From the sequence record PX880103.1: a stretch of 64,000 nucleotides of DNA, one strand, 5' to 3'. Shown here piece after piece: positions 1-13,300 of the stretch; within the stretch, counting starts at the first letter, position 1; each line of letters opens with the position of its first letter. The notes below the pieces were generated by a model, which was not told the DNA's origin, did no database searches, and saw only the letters and a list, made by a program, of their open reading frames with translations. The stretch is from a phage. The translations under genes were made by a program, and so were the position numbers.

Positions 1-2314
<2,314 letters not shown>

Positions 2315-2342
2315 TATTAAAGCATATTAAAGAGGATTAAAA

Positions 2343-4322
2343 ATGACTTTATTATCTCCGGGCATTGAGCTCAAAGAAACTACGGTTCAAAGCACCGTGG
2401 TTAATAACTCTACTGGTACAGCAGCTTTGGCCGGTAAATTCCAGTGGGGTCCTGCTTTTCAGATTAAACAGGTTACAAATGAAGTAGATTTAGTTAATAC
2501 TTTTGGTCAACCAACCGCTGAAACTGCTGACTATTTTATGTCTGCGATGAATTTCTTGCAGTACGGAAATGACTTACGAGTAGTTCGTGCTGTTGATAGA
2601 GATACCGCTAAAAACTCATCACCAATCGCCGGTAATATTGAATACACAATTTCTACCCCAGGTAGTAACTATGCGGTTGGAGATAAAATCACGGTCAAAT
2701 ATGTTTCAGATGATATTGAAACTGAAGGTAAAATTACTGAAGTAGACGCAGATGGAAAAATTAAGAAAATTAATATTCCTACTGCAAAAATTATCGCTAA
2801 AGCGAAAGAAGTCGGTGAATATCCAACACTAGGTTCTAACTGGACTGCGGAAATTTCTTCATCTTCCTCTGGTTTAGCTGCAGTAATAACTCTTGGAAAA
2901 ATTATTACTGATTCTGGTATTTTATTAGCTGAAATTGAAAATGCTGAAGCTGCTATGACAGCGGTTGACTTTCAAGCAAATCTTAAAAAATATGGAATTC
3001 CAGGAGTAGTAGCGCTTTATCCAGGAGAATTAGGCGATAAAATTGAAATTGAAATCGTATCTAAAGCTGACTATACAAAAGGAGCTTCTGCATTACTCCC
3101 AATTTATCCAGGTGGTGGTACTCGTGCATCTACTGCCAAGGCAGTGTTTGGGTATGGACCGCAAACTGATTCACAGTACGCTATTATAGTTCGTCGCAAT
3201 GATGCTATTGTTCAAAGCATTGTTCTTTCAACTAAGCGTGGTGAAAAAGATATTTACGATAGTAACATCTATATCGATGACTTTTTCGCAAAAGGTGGCT
3301 CAGAATATATTTTTGCAACTGCACAAAACTGGCCAGAAGGCTTCTCTGGAATTTTAACTCTGTCTGGTGGATTATCATCAAATGCTGAAGTATCAGCAGG
3401 AGATTTGATGGAAGCTTGGGACTTCTTTGCTGACCGTGAATCCGTTGATGTTCAACTGTTTATTGCAGGTTCTTGTGCCGGTGAATCTTTAGAAACAGCA
3501 TCTACTGTCCAAAAACACGTCGTTTCAATTGGGGATGCTCGCCAAGATTGCTTAGTATTGTGCTCTCCTCCACGTGAAACTGTAGTTGGAATTCCTGTAA
3601 CTCGTGCAGTAGATAACTTAGTCAATTGGAGAACCGCAGCAGGTTCATACACTGATAATAACTTTAATATCAGTTCAACCTACGCAGCAATTGATGGTAA
3701 CTACAAGTATCAGTATGACAAATATAATGATGTGAATCGTTGGGTTCCATTAGCAGCTGATATTGCTGGTTTATGCGCAAGAACTGATAACGTTTCTCAT
3801 ACTTGGATGTCTCCAGCTGGTTATAATCGTGGCCAGATTCTTAACGTTATTAAACTTGCTATTGAAACTCGCCAAGCTCAGCGCGACCGTTTATATCAAG
3901 AAGCTATTAACCCGGTAACTGGTACAGGTGGTGATGGTTACGTATTGTATGGTGATAAAACAGCTACTTCTGTTCCTTCTCCATTTGATCGTATTAACGT
4001 TCGTCGTCTGTTTAATATGTTGAAAACGAATATCGGACGTAGTTCAAAATATCGTTTGTTCGAATTAAACAACGCGTTTACTCGTTCATCATTCCGCACA
4101 GAAACTGCCCAGTACTTGCAGGGAATTAAAGCTCTCGGTGGAATTTATGAATATCGTGTAGTTTGCGATACAACAAATAACACTCCGTCAGTAATTGATA
4201 GAAATGAGTTTGTTGCAACATTCTACATCCAACCGGCGCGCAGTATAAATTATATTACTTTGAATTTCGTCGCAACTGCTACCGGCGCAGATTTCGATGA
4301 GTTAACTGGTCTTGCAGGTTAA
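2343..4322 (+). CDS. 18: contractile tail sheath protein gp18
   Basis: 659 aa as in T4 gp18; TATAAATA late promoter upstream; synteny. Confidence 0.95.
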   Translation: MTLLSPGIELKETTVQSTVVNNSTGTAALAGKFQWGPAFQIKQVTNEVDLVNTFGQPTAETADYFMSAMNFLQYGNDLRVVRAVDRDTAKNSSPIAGNIEYTISTPGSNYAVGDKITVKYVSDDIETEGKITEVDADGKIKKINIPTAKIIAKAKEVGEYPTLGSNWTAEISSSSSGLAAVITLGKIITDSGILLAEIENAEAAMTAVDFQANLKKYGIPGVVALYPGELGDKIEIEIVSKADYTKGASALLPIYPGGGTRASTAKAVFGYGPQTDSQYAIIVRRNDAIVQSIVLSTKRGEKDIYDSNIYIDDFFAKGGSEYIFATAQNWPEGFSGILTLSGGLSSNAEVSAGDLMEAWDFFADRESVDVQLFIAGSCAGESLETASTVQKHVVSIGDARQDCLVLCSPPRETVVGIPVTRAVDNLVNWRTAAGSYTDNNFNISSTYAAIDGNYKYQYDKYNDVNRWVPLAADIAGLCARTDNVSHTWMSPAGYNRGQILNVIKLAIETRQAQRDRLYQEAINPVTGTGGDGYVLYGDKTATSVPSPFDRINVRRLFNMLKTNIGRSSKYRLFELNNAFTRSSFRTETAQYLQGIKALGGIYEYRVVCDTTNNTPSVIDRNEFVATFYIQPARSINYITLNFVATATGADFDELTGLAG

Positions 4323-4338
4323 TACGGTGCATTCTAAA

Positions 4339-4356
4339 GGCCTGTTTCGGCAGGCC
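4339..4356 (+). terminator. hairpin after gene 18
   Basis: GGCCTG-TTTCGG-CAGGCC stem-loop following the gene 18 stop. Confidence 0.45.
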
Positions 4357-4357
4357 A

Positions 4358-4365
4358 TATAAATA
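4358..4365 (+). promoter_or_regulatory. late promoter (TATAAATA), first of two upstream of gene 19
   Basis: Exact TATAAATA just 3' of the gene 18 terminator hairpin. Confidence 0.55.
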
Positions 4366-4416
4366 CACTATATCCTTAATTCTTTAATTCTATATGCCCT
4401 AGGTTAAACATAGGGA

Positions 4417-4424
4417 TATAAATA
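4417..4424 (+). promoter_or_regulatory. late promoter (TATAAATA) proximal to gene 19
   Basis: Exact TATAAATA 15 nt upstream of the gene 19 ATG. Confidence 0.6.
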
Positions 4425-4438
4425 CTACAGAGGCTAAT

Positions 4439-4930
4439 ATGTTTGTAGATGATGTAACACGAGCGTTTGAATCAGGTGATTTTGCGCGACCTAACTTATT
4501 CCAAGTAGAAATTTCTTATCTTGGACAAAATTTTACGTTCCAATGTAAAGCTACTGCTCTACCAGCTGGTATTGTAGAAAAAATTCCAGTCGGATTTATG
4601 AACCGTAAAATTAACGTAGCAGGCGATCGTACATTCGATGACTGGACTGTTACAGTAATGAACGATGAAGCTCATGATGCTCGCCAGAAGTTCGTTGATT
4701 GGCAAAGCATTGCTGCGGGACAAGGAAACGAAATTACTGGTGGAAAACCTGCAGAGTATAAAAAGAGCGCTATCGTTCGTCAATATGCTCGTGACGCTAA
4801 AACAGTAACAAAAGAAATTGAAATTAAAGGTCTGTGGCCTACTAACGTGGGTGAACTTCAATTAGATTGGGATTCAAACAATGAAATCCAAACATTTGAA
4901 GTAACTCTTGCTCTCGATTATTGGGAATAA
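4439..4930 (+). CDS. 19: tail tube protein gp19
   Basis: 163 aa as in T4 gp19; two TATAAATA boxes upstream; synteny. Confidence 0.93.
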   Translation: MFVDDVTRAFESGDFARPNLFQVEISYLGQNFTFQCKATALPAGIVEKIPVGFMNRKINVAGDRTFDDWTVTVMNDEAHDARQKFVDWQSIAAGQGNEITGGKPAEYKKSAIVRQYARDAKTVTKEIEIKGLWPTNVGELQLDWDSNNEIQTFEVTLALDYWE

Positions 4931-4962
4931 AATGAATGGGGAGAAATCCCCATCCTGCTTAA

Positions 4963-6587
<1,625 letters not shown>

Positions 6588-6588
<1 letters not shown>

Positions 6589-6833
6589 TGGAAGGTTTAA
6601 TTGAAGCTATTAAATCAAACGACCTCGTAGCCGCTCGTAAATTATTTGCTGAAGCCATGGCTGCAAGAACGATTGATTTAATTAAAGAAGAAAAAATCGC
6701 TATCGCTCGTAATTTCTTAATCGAAGGTGAAGAACCTGAAGACGAGGATGAAGATGAAGATGATGACGAAGATAGCGATGATAAAGACGACAAAAAAGAC
6801 AAAGACTCTGACGAAGACGAGGATGATGAATAA
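6588..6833 (+). CDS. 67: prohead core protein gp67 with acidic C-terminal tail
   Basis: 81 aa; TAATG stop/start coupling to gene 20; poly-Asp/Glu C-terminus; synteny. Confidence 0.88.
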
Positions 6834-7258
6834 TGCTTCTGATCCCTGAAACTCATGAATTAGTTCTCGAGAATGTCGAAGCACTTATTCCTGAAGCACA
6901 GGGTCGCTTTGACGAATTGTCTTCTGCTTTAAATAAAGACGATATAAATACAATTGTCGAGAATATGCTTGATGATGAAACTGATTTAGCGGTTGCATTA
7001 GCTTCTATTAATGAAAATATGCCGTTAAATGAATTCATCGTTAAACATGTTTCCGCCCGTGGTGAAATTACTCGCACTAAAGATCGCAAAACCCGCGAAC
7101 GAAATGCATTTCAAACCACTGGGCTGTCTAAAGCAAAACGTAGACAAATTGCTCGTAAAGCTACCAAAACGAAGATTGCCAATCCAGCAGGTCAATCTCG
7201 TGCTCAGCGTAAGCGTAAAAAAGCTCTTAAACGCCGTAAAGCATTAGGATTAAGCTAA
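6833..7258 (+). CDS. 68: prohead core protein gp68
   Basis: 141 aa; TAATG coupling; basic C-terminus; synteny. Confidence 0.88.
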
Positions 7259-7896
7259 TGAATGAACCCCAATTACTAATTGAAACTTGGGGTCAACCTG
7301 GCGAAATTATTGATGGCGTGCCAATGCTTGAATCTCATGATGGAAAAGACCTAGGTTTAAAACCTGGTTTATACATCGAAGGAATATTCATGCAAGCGGA
7401 AGTCGTCAATAGAAATAAACGTCTTTATCCAAAACGCATATTAGAAAAAGCGGTAAAAGACTATATCAATGAGCAAGTTTTAACTAAACAAGCTCTCGGA
7501 GAATTAAATCATCCTCCACGCGCTAATGTTGACCCGATGCAAGCCGCTATCATTATAGAAGATATGTGGTGGAAAGGAAATGACGTATACGGACGAGCTC
7601 GTGTTATTGAAGGTGACCATGGTCCTGGAGATAAATTAGCAGCTAATATTCGTGCCGGATGGATTCCAGGAGTTTCTTCTCGTGGATTAGGTTCATTGAC
7701 TGACACAAATAAAGGTTATCGTATCGTAAACGAAGGATTCAAATTAACTGTAGGTGTTGATGCAGTATGGGGTCCAAGTGCTCCAGATGCATGGGTAACT
7801 CCTAAGGAAATTACCGAATCACAGACGGCGGAAGCCGATACAAGTGCCGATGACGCCTATATGGCTCTCGCAGAGGCCATGAAAAAAGCGTTATAA
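7258..7896 (+). CDS. 21: prohead core protease gp21
   Basis: 212 aa as in T4 gp21; synteny between 68 and 22. Confidence 0.92.
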   Translation: MNEPQLLIETWGQPGEIIDGVPMLESHDGKDLGLKPGLYIEGIFMQAEVVNRNKRLYPKRILEKAVKDYINEQVLTKQALGELNHPPRANVDPMQAAIIIEDMWWKGNDVYGRARVIEGDHGPGDKLAANIRAGWIPGVSSRGLGSLTDTNKGYRIVNEGFKLTVGVDAVWGPSAPDAWVTPKEITESQTAEADTSADDAYMALAEAMKKAL

Positions 7897-7899
7897 ATA
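7892..7899 (+). promoter_or_regulatory. late promoter (TATAAATA) for gene 22
   Basis: Exact TATAAATA overlapping the gene 21 stop, 28 nt upstream of gene 22. Confidence 0.6.
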
Positions 7900-7926
7900 T
7901 TATTATCTAAACAACAGGACTACAAA

Positions 7927-8736
7927 ATGCTTAAAGAACAACTGATTGCTGAAGCGCAAAAAATTGATGCTTCCGTTGCTCTTGATAGTATTTTCGAATC
8001 AGTTAATATTTCTCCGGAAGCAAAAGAAACTTTCGGCACTGTATTCGAAGCTACCGTCAAGCAGCACGCCGTTAAATTAGCTGAATCTCATATCGCTAAA
8101 ATTGCTGAAAAAGCAGAAGAAGAAGTAGAAAAAAATAAAGAAGAAGCCGAAGAAAAAGCTGAGAAGAAAATCGCTGAGCAAGCTTCTAAATTCATCGACC
8201 ATCTTGCGAAAGAATGGCTCGCTGAAAATAAATTAGCAGTTGATAAAGGCATCAAAGCCGAACTGTTTGAATCCATGCTTGGTGGATTAAAAGAGCTCTT
8301 TGTTGAACACAACGTTGTTGTTCCAGAAGAATCAGTTGATGTTGTGGCTGAAATGGAAGAAGAGCTGCAAGAACATAAAGAAGAATCAGCTCGTCTGTTC
8401 GAAGAACTCAATATGCGCGACGCATATATCAATTATGTGCAGCGTGAAGTGGCATTGAGCGAAAGTACTAAAGATCTGACTGAGTCTCAAAAAGAAAAAG
8501 TCTCTGCTCTGGTCGAAGGTATGGATTATTCAGATGAATTCTCAAATAAATTGAGTGCCATCGTAGAAATGGTGAAGAAGTCTAATAAAGATGAAAGCAC
8601 TATTACTGAGGGTATAAATACTCCTGATACTGAAGCAGCCGGACTGAATTTCGTCACTGAAGCTGTAGAAGATAAAACTGCACCTGGTGCAGAAGATATT
8701 GTAAGTGTATATGCGAAAGTCGCATCTCGTTTCTAA
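7927..8736 (+). CDS. 22: prohead core scaffolding protein gp22
   Basis: 269 aa as in T4 gp22; Glu/Lys-rich helical composition; late promoter upstream. Confidence 0.92.
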   Translation: MLKEQLIAEAQKIDASVALDSIFESVNISPEAKETFGTVFEATVKQHAVKLAESHIAKIAEKAEEEVEKNKEEAEEKAEKKIAEQASKFIDHLAKEWLAENKLAVDKGIKAELFESMLGGLKELFVEHNVVVPEESVDVVAEMEEELQEHKEESARLFEELNMRDAYINYVQREVALSESTKDLTESQKEKVSALVEGMDYSDEFSNKLSAIVEMVKKSNKDESTITEGINTPDTEAAGLNFVTEAVEDKTAPGAEDIVSVYAKVASRF

Positions 8737-8754
8737 TTTTAAAGGTTAACACAA

Positions 8755-10320
8755 ATGACTATCAAAACTAAAGCTGAACTTTTGAACAAATGGAAGCCAT
8801 TACTGGAAGGTGAAGGTTTACCGGAAATTGCTAATAGCAAACAAGCGATTATCGCTAAAATCTTTGAAAACCAGGAAAAAGATTTCCAGACAGCTCCAGA
8901 GTACAAAGACGAAAAAATTGCTCAGGCATTCGGTTCTTTCTTAACAGAAGCTGAAATCGGTGGTGACCACGGTTACAACGCTACTAACATCGCTGCTGGT
9001 CAGACTTCTGGCGCAGTAACTCAGATTGGCCCAGCTGTTATGGGTATGGTACGTCGTGCTATTCCTAACCTGATTGCTTTCGATATTTGCGGTGTTCAGC
9101 CGATGAACAGCCCAACTGGTCAGGTATTCGCACTGCGCGCAGTATATGGTAAAGACCCAATCGCTGCCGGCGCTAAAGAAGCATTCCACCCAATGTATGG
9201 TCCAGATGCAATGTTCTCTGGTCAGGGTGCTGCTAAGAAATTCCCAGCTCTGGCTGCTAGCACACAAACCGTTGTAGGTGATATCTATACTCACTTCTTC
9301 CAGGAAACTGGTACTGTGTATCTGCAGGCTTCTGCTGTAGTAACAATCGATGCTGGTGCATCTGACGCAGCTAAATTAGATGCAGAAATTAAGAAACAAA
9401 TGGAAGCTGGTGTACTGGTAGAAATCGCTGAAGGTATGGCTACTTCTATCGCTGAACTCCAGGAAGGTTTCAACGGTTCTACCGATAACCCATGGAATGA
9501 AATGGGCTTCCGTATCGATAAACAAGTTATCGAAGCTAAATCTCGTCAGCTGAAAGCTGCTTACTCTATCGAATTAGCACAAGACCTCCGCGCTGTTCAC
9601 GGTATGGATGCTGATGCTGAACTGTCTGGTATTCTGGCTACCGAAATCATGCTGGAAATCAACCGTGAAGTTGTTGATTGGATTAACTACTCAGCTCAGG
9701 TTGGTAAATCTGGTATGACCCTGACTCCAGGTTCTAAAGCTGGTGTATTTGACTTCCAGGATCCGATTGATATTCGTGGTGCTCGCTGGGCGGGTGAATC
9801 CTTTAAAGCTCTGTTGTTCCAGATTGACAAAGAAGCAGTTGAAATTGCTCGTCAGACCGGTCGTGGTGAAGGTAACTTCATTATCGCTTCCCGTAACGTA
9901 GTTAACGTTCTGGCTTCAGTTGATACCGGCATTTCTTATGCTGCACAGGGTCTGGCTACCGGCTTTAACACTGATACTACCAAGTCAGTATTTGCTGGTG
10001 TTCTGGGTGGTAAATACCGTGTATATATCGACCAGTATGCTAAACAGGATTATTTCACTGTAGGTTATAAAGGTCCGAACGAAATGGATGCTGGTATTTA
10101 CTATGCTCCATATGTAGCTCTGACTCCGCTGCGTGGTTCCGATCCGAAGAACTTCCAACCAGTAATGGGATTCAAAACTCGTTACGGTATCGGTATCAAC
10201 CCATTTGCAGAATCCGCTGCTCAGGCTCCGGCTTCTCGCATCCAGAGCGGTATGCCTTCTATTCTGAATAGCCTTGGTAAAAACGCTTACTTCCGCCGTG
10301 TATATGTTAAAGGTATCTAA
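8755..10320 (+). CDS. 23: major capsid protein gp23 (precursor)
   Basis: 521 aa as in T4 gp23; LTE|A processing-site context at residue 65; strong hairpin terminator downstream. Confidence 0.96.
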   Translation: MTIKTKAELLNKWKPLLEGEGLPEIANSKQAIIAKIFENQEKDFQTAPEYKDEKIAQAFGSFLTEAEIGGDHGYNATNIAAGQTSGAVTQIGPAVMGMVRRAIPNLIAFDICGVQPMNSPTGQVFALRAVYGKDPIAAGAKEAFHPMYGPDAMFSGQGAAKKFPALAASTQTVVGDIYTHFFQETGTVYLQASAVVTIDAGASDAAKLDAEIKKQMEAGVLVEIAEGMATSIAELQEGFNGSTDNPWNEMGFRIDKQVIEAKSRQLKAAYSIELAQDLRAVHGMDADAELSGILATEIMLEINREVVDWINYSAQVGKSGMTLTPGSKAGVFDFQDPIDIRGARWAGESFKALLFQIDKEAVEIARQTGRGEGNFIIASRNVVNVLASVDTGISYAAQGLATGFNTDTTKSVFAGVLGGKYRVYIDQYAKQDYFTVGYKGPNEMDAGIYYAPYVALTPLRGSDPKNFQPVMGFKTRYGIGINPFAESAAQAPASRIQSGMPSILNSLGKNAYFRRVYVKGI

Positions 10321-10333
10321 TCTTTGACGATTT

Positions 10334-10353
10334 AAGGGACCTTCGGGTCCCTT
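10334..10353 (+). terminator. intrinsic terminator after gene 23
   Basis: AAGGGACC-TTCG-GGTCCCTT hairpin followed by a T-rich tract. Confidence 0.7.
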
Positions 10354-10368
10354 TAGTTGTTTTTATGG

Positions 10369-10376
10369 TATAAATA
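10369..10376 (+). promoter_or_regulatory. late promoter (TATAAATA) for gene 24
   Basis: Exact TATAAATA between the gene 23 terminator and gene 24. Confidence 0.6.
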
Positions 10377-10403
10377 AATCATATAAACCAAAAGGAAAGC
10401 GCA

Positions 10404-11687
10404 ATGGCTAAAATCAACGAACTTCTGCGCGAATCAACCACAACGAATAGCAACTCAATCGGTCGCCCAAATCTCGTTGCTTTGACTCGCGCTACCACTA
10501 AATTAATATATTCTGACATTGTAGCAACGCAAAGAACTAATCAACCTGTTGCTGCTTTTTATGGTATCAAATACCTTAACCCAGACAATGAATTTACATT
10601 TAAAACTGGTGCTACTTACGCTGGCGAAGCTGGGTATGTAGACCGAGAACAAATCACAGAATTAACAGAAGAGTCTAAATTAACTCTCAATAAAGGCGAT
10701 TTATTCAAATATAATAATATCGTTTATAAAGTATTAGAAGATACACCATTTGCTGATATTGAAGAAAGCGATTTAGAATTAGCTCTTCAGATTGCAATCG
10801 TTCTTTTAAAGGTTCGTCTATTTTCTGATGCTGCAGTAACAAGCAAATTTGAAAGCTCTGATAGTGAAATTGCGGATGCTAGATTTCAGATTAATAAATG
10901 GCAAACCGCAGTTAAATCTCGTAAACTTAAAACTGGTATCACAGTTGAATTAGCGCAAGATTTAGAAGCAAATGGATTCGATGCTCCTAATTTCTTGGAA
11001 GATTTGCTTGCAACTGAAATGGCAGATGAAATCAATAAAGATATTCTACAGTCTTTGATTACAGTGTCAAAACGCTATAAAGTTACAGGAATTACTGATA
11101 CTGGATTCATTGATTTGAGTTATGCATCTGCACCTGAAGCTGGTCGTTCATTATACCGAATGGTATGTGAAATGGTTTCACATATCCAGAAAGAATCAAC
11201 TTATACAGCAACGTTCTGTGTTGCTTCAGCTCGTGCCGCTGCGATTCTTGCTGCATCAGGTTGGTTAAAACATAAACCAGAAGATGACAAATATCTTTCA
11301 CAAAATGCCTACGGGTTCTTAGCTAATGGTTTACCGCTTTATTGTGATACCAACAGCCCGCTAGATTATGTAATCGTTGGCGTAGTAGAAAATATTGGTG
11401 AAAAAGAAATTGTTGGGTCAATTTTCTATGCTCCGTATACAGAAGGTCTTGACTTAGATGACCCTGAACATGTAGGTGCATTTAAAGTTGTAGTTGATCC
11501 AGAAAGTTTGCAGCCATCTATCGGTTTATTAGTTAGATATGCTTTATCAGCAAATCCTTATACTGTAGCAAAAGATGAAAAAGAAGCAAGAATAATTGAC
11601 GGTGGAGACATGGATAAAATGGCAGGTCGTTCAGATTTGTCTGTTTTATTAGGTGTTAAGCTACCAAAAATTATTATTGATGAATAA
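10404..11687 (+). CDS. 24: capsid vertex protein gp24
   Basis: 427 aa as in T4 gp24; gp23-paralog; late promoter upstream. Confidence 0.93.
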   Translation: MAKINELLRESTTTNSNSIGRPNLVALTRATTKLIYSDIVATQRTNQPVAAFYGIKYLNPDNEFTFKTGATYAGEAGYVDREQITELTEESKLTLNKGDLFKYNNIVYKVLEDTPFADIEESDLELALQIAIVLLKVRLFSDAAVTSKFESSDSEIADARFQINKWQTAVKSRKLKTGITVELAQDLEANGFDAPNFLEDLLATEMADEINKDILQSLITVSKRYKVTGITDTGFIDLSYASAPEAGRSLYRMVCEMVSHIQKESTYTATFCVASARAAAILAASGWLKHKPEDDKYLSQNAYGFLANGLPLYCDTNSPLDYVIVGVVENIGEKEIVGSIFYAPYTEGLDLDDPEHVGAFKVVVDPESLQPSIGLLVRYALSANPYTVAKDEKEARIIDGGDMDKMAGRSDLSVLLGVKLPKIIIDE

Positions 11688-11690
11688 AAC

Positions 11691-11715
11691 AAAGGGACCT
11701 TTCGGTCCCTTTTTA
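11691..11715. terminator. bidirectional terminator between convergent genes 24 and rnlB
   Basis: AAAGGGACC-TTTC-GGTCCCTTTTT, A/T runs on both sides. Confidence 0.7.
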
Positions 11716-11716
11716 T

Positions 11717-12721
11717 TTAACTCACCAGCTCAATCCAAGCTGGACGAAGTACATCTTGTACCATTTTAACTAATTCCTTTTTAATCAAAGAAGGATTATC
11801 TGCTTGAGTTAGAGTAATACCTTCACGAGAAGTTTCTTCCAAAATATCTTGGACAGTTAGCCCCATAACCTTTCCAAAATCCTTTGGACCAATTTCGCCA
11901 ATTTTAGAAATAACGTTATTTACCCGGTTCAGTGTAACGTAACAAGCTAAAATTCCCACCAATTTGTTATCAGCTTCTGATAGTTCAACTTTAGCTTTAA
12001 TAGGTTTATCAGACTTTTTCTTTTCACTAAATTTAGAGTTCTTGCATTTAATCGCTACACGATTGCGATTAGGCAGCCAAGAAGGATAACAAGGTTTCAA
12101 TACATATCCTTCAGCAGTAAATACTTCGCCTTTTGCTTCGGCATTCCAAACGCATTTATTTGCATCAACTAATCCGGCATGGTCTACTGTAAAATTATAA
12201 TCTTGGACGACAGAATCTAAATCATTTGGCAATTTAATAAGCTCTTCAAATTTACCGCGACCTAAAAGTGGAGCCATTTTAAATTTAAATGTATTGCAGA
12301 ATGATTCCATCATATAATCGTCGACATAAGTCACATCACCGCTTTCTGTAGTGACAATAATGTCAAATACATAAAAATCTTTATCGCCATAATCGACATT
12401 CTTCTGAATGCCAGGTCCAGCGAATTCGCCAAAAACTTGATAAGATACAACCGCTGAAGTTTCCATAATATCTTGTACTGCTTTAATGGAATCAGCGTAA
12501 TTCTTTAGAATAATTTCATACCCAAAGAAATCTTCAGCAGGAAGAATAGGACCAGTGCGTTTAGCGCAAGTCACTTTATCACGCTCAATAATCAACGAGA
12601 AATTTGTGCCGTGAATCTTTTCACGAGCTACCCACTCCCCACCAGTCAATCCCAAGCTATAAAGTTTTTCAATAAATTTAGAGTTGTAATGATTTTCAAG
12701 ACTGCTATACTTTTTAAACAT
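11717..12721 (-). CDS. rnlB: RNA ligase 2 (Rnl2)
   Basis: 334 aa as in T4 Rnl2; N-terminal KIHGTN ligase lysine motif; position downstream of hoc. Confidence 0.9.
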   Translation of the reverse strand: MFKKYSSLENHYNSKFIEKLYSLGLTGGEWVAREKIHGTNFSLIIERDKVTCAKRTGPILPAEDFFGYEIILKNYADSIKAVQDIMETSAVVSYQVFGEFAGPGIQKNVDYGDKDFYVFDIIVTTESGDVTYVDDYMMESFCNTFKFKMAPLLGRGKFEELIKLPNDLDSVVQDYNFTVDHAGLVDANKCVWNAEAKGEVFTAEGYVLKPCYPSWLPNRNRVAIKCKNSKFSEKKKSDKPIKAKVELSEADNKLVGILACYVTLNRVNNVISKIGEIGPKDFGKVMGLTVQDILEETSREGITLTQADNPSLIKKELVKMVQDVLRPAWIELVS

Positions 12722-12730
12722 AATTAATCC

Positions 12731-13009
12731 TCAAAATGTAATTTCTAACCAATCACCATCACGCTGATCACTATTGACTTTAAAGCTGAATCCTTCTTTT
12801 CTCAGCCAATCACCAATTTCTTCAGTAATCAATTTATCACGAGCAATACAATAATAATTAAAATGTGTTTTACCTTGTTCAGCTGCTTTATTAGCAAGTT
12901 CCGAAAAATCTTTAATAAAGCACTCTAGTTTAAACTGTTTACTTTTAAATGCTTTTTCACGCAATTGATTAGCAAAAGATTCATTTTCATAAAGATCATA
13001 CTGTTCCAT
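12731..13009 (-). CDS. hypothetical protein (T4 24.2 position)
   Basis: 92-aa ORF in the conserved slot; function unknown. Confidence 0.6.
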   Translation of the reverse strand: MEQYDLYENESFANQLREKAFKSKQFKLECFIKDFSELANKAAEQGKTHFNYYCIARDKLITEEIGDWLRKEGFSFKVNSDQRDGDWLEITF

Positions 13010-13211
13010 TTTTCACCTTTTTATTGATATGTCTTTTTCTATAGACAACTTTTTCTCGAGTTTCAAATTTATTCTTAGCAGTCATAGCTCGAGCCCATAA
13101 TACAGCCACTTCTTTCGCCTGTAAGTTTAATTCACGAGCAATTTCAATGAATGACTTTCCAGACTCATGAAGAGTAAACACCACAACCTCAGTTCTCATA
13201 ATCAATCTCAT
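12996..13211 (-). CDS. hypothetical small protein with putative helix-turn-helix (T4 24.3 position)
   Basis: 71-aa ORF; SGKSFIEIARELNLQAKEV resembles an HTH. Confidence 0.55.
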   Translation of the reverse strand: MRLIMRTEVVVFTLHESGKSFIEIARELNLQAKEVAVLWARAMTAKNKFETREKVVYRKRHINKKVKNGTV

Positions 13212-13280
13212 GTTATCGAGTTGGTGCCATTATATACATCATTTTCTGATTGTGTTTTGCGTGCTTTCAAAATGAAGAAA

Positions 13281-13294
13281 GGGGCCGAAGCCCC
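13281..13294 (-). terminator. terminator hairpin downstream of hoc
   Basis: GGGGCCGAAGCCCC; minus-strand RNA has a UUCG loop then a U-rich tract. Confidence 0.6.
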
Positions 13295-13300
13295 TTACGA

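Noticed and set aside
8088-8432. 114-aa minus-strand ORF inside gene 22
   Set aside because: Antisense to a well-supported structural gene, low-complexity Ser-rich product, no RBS.
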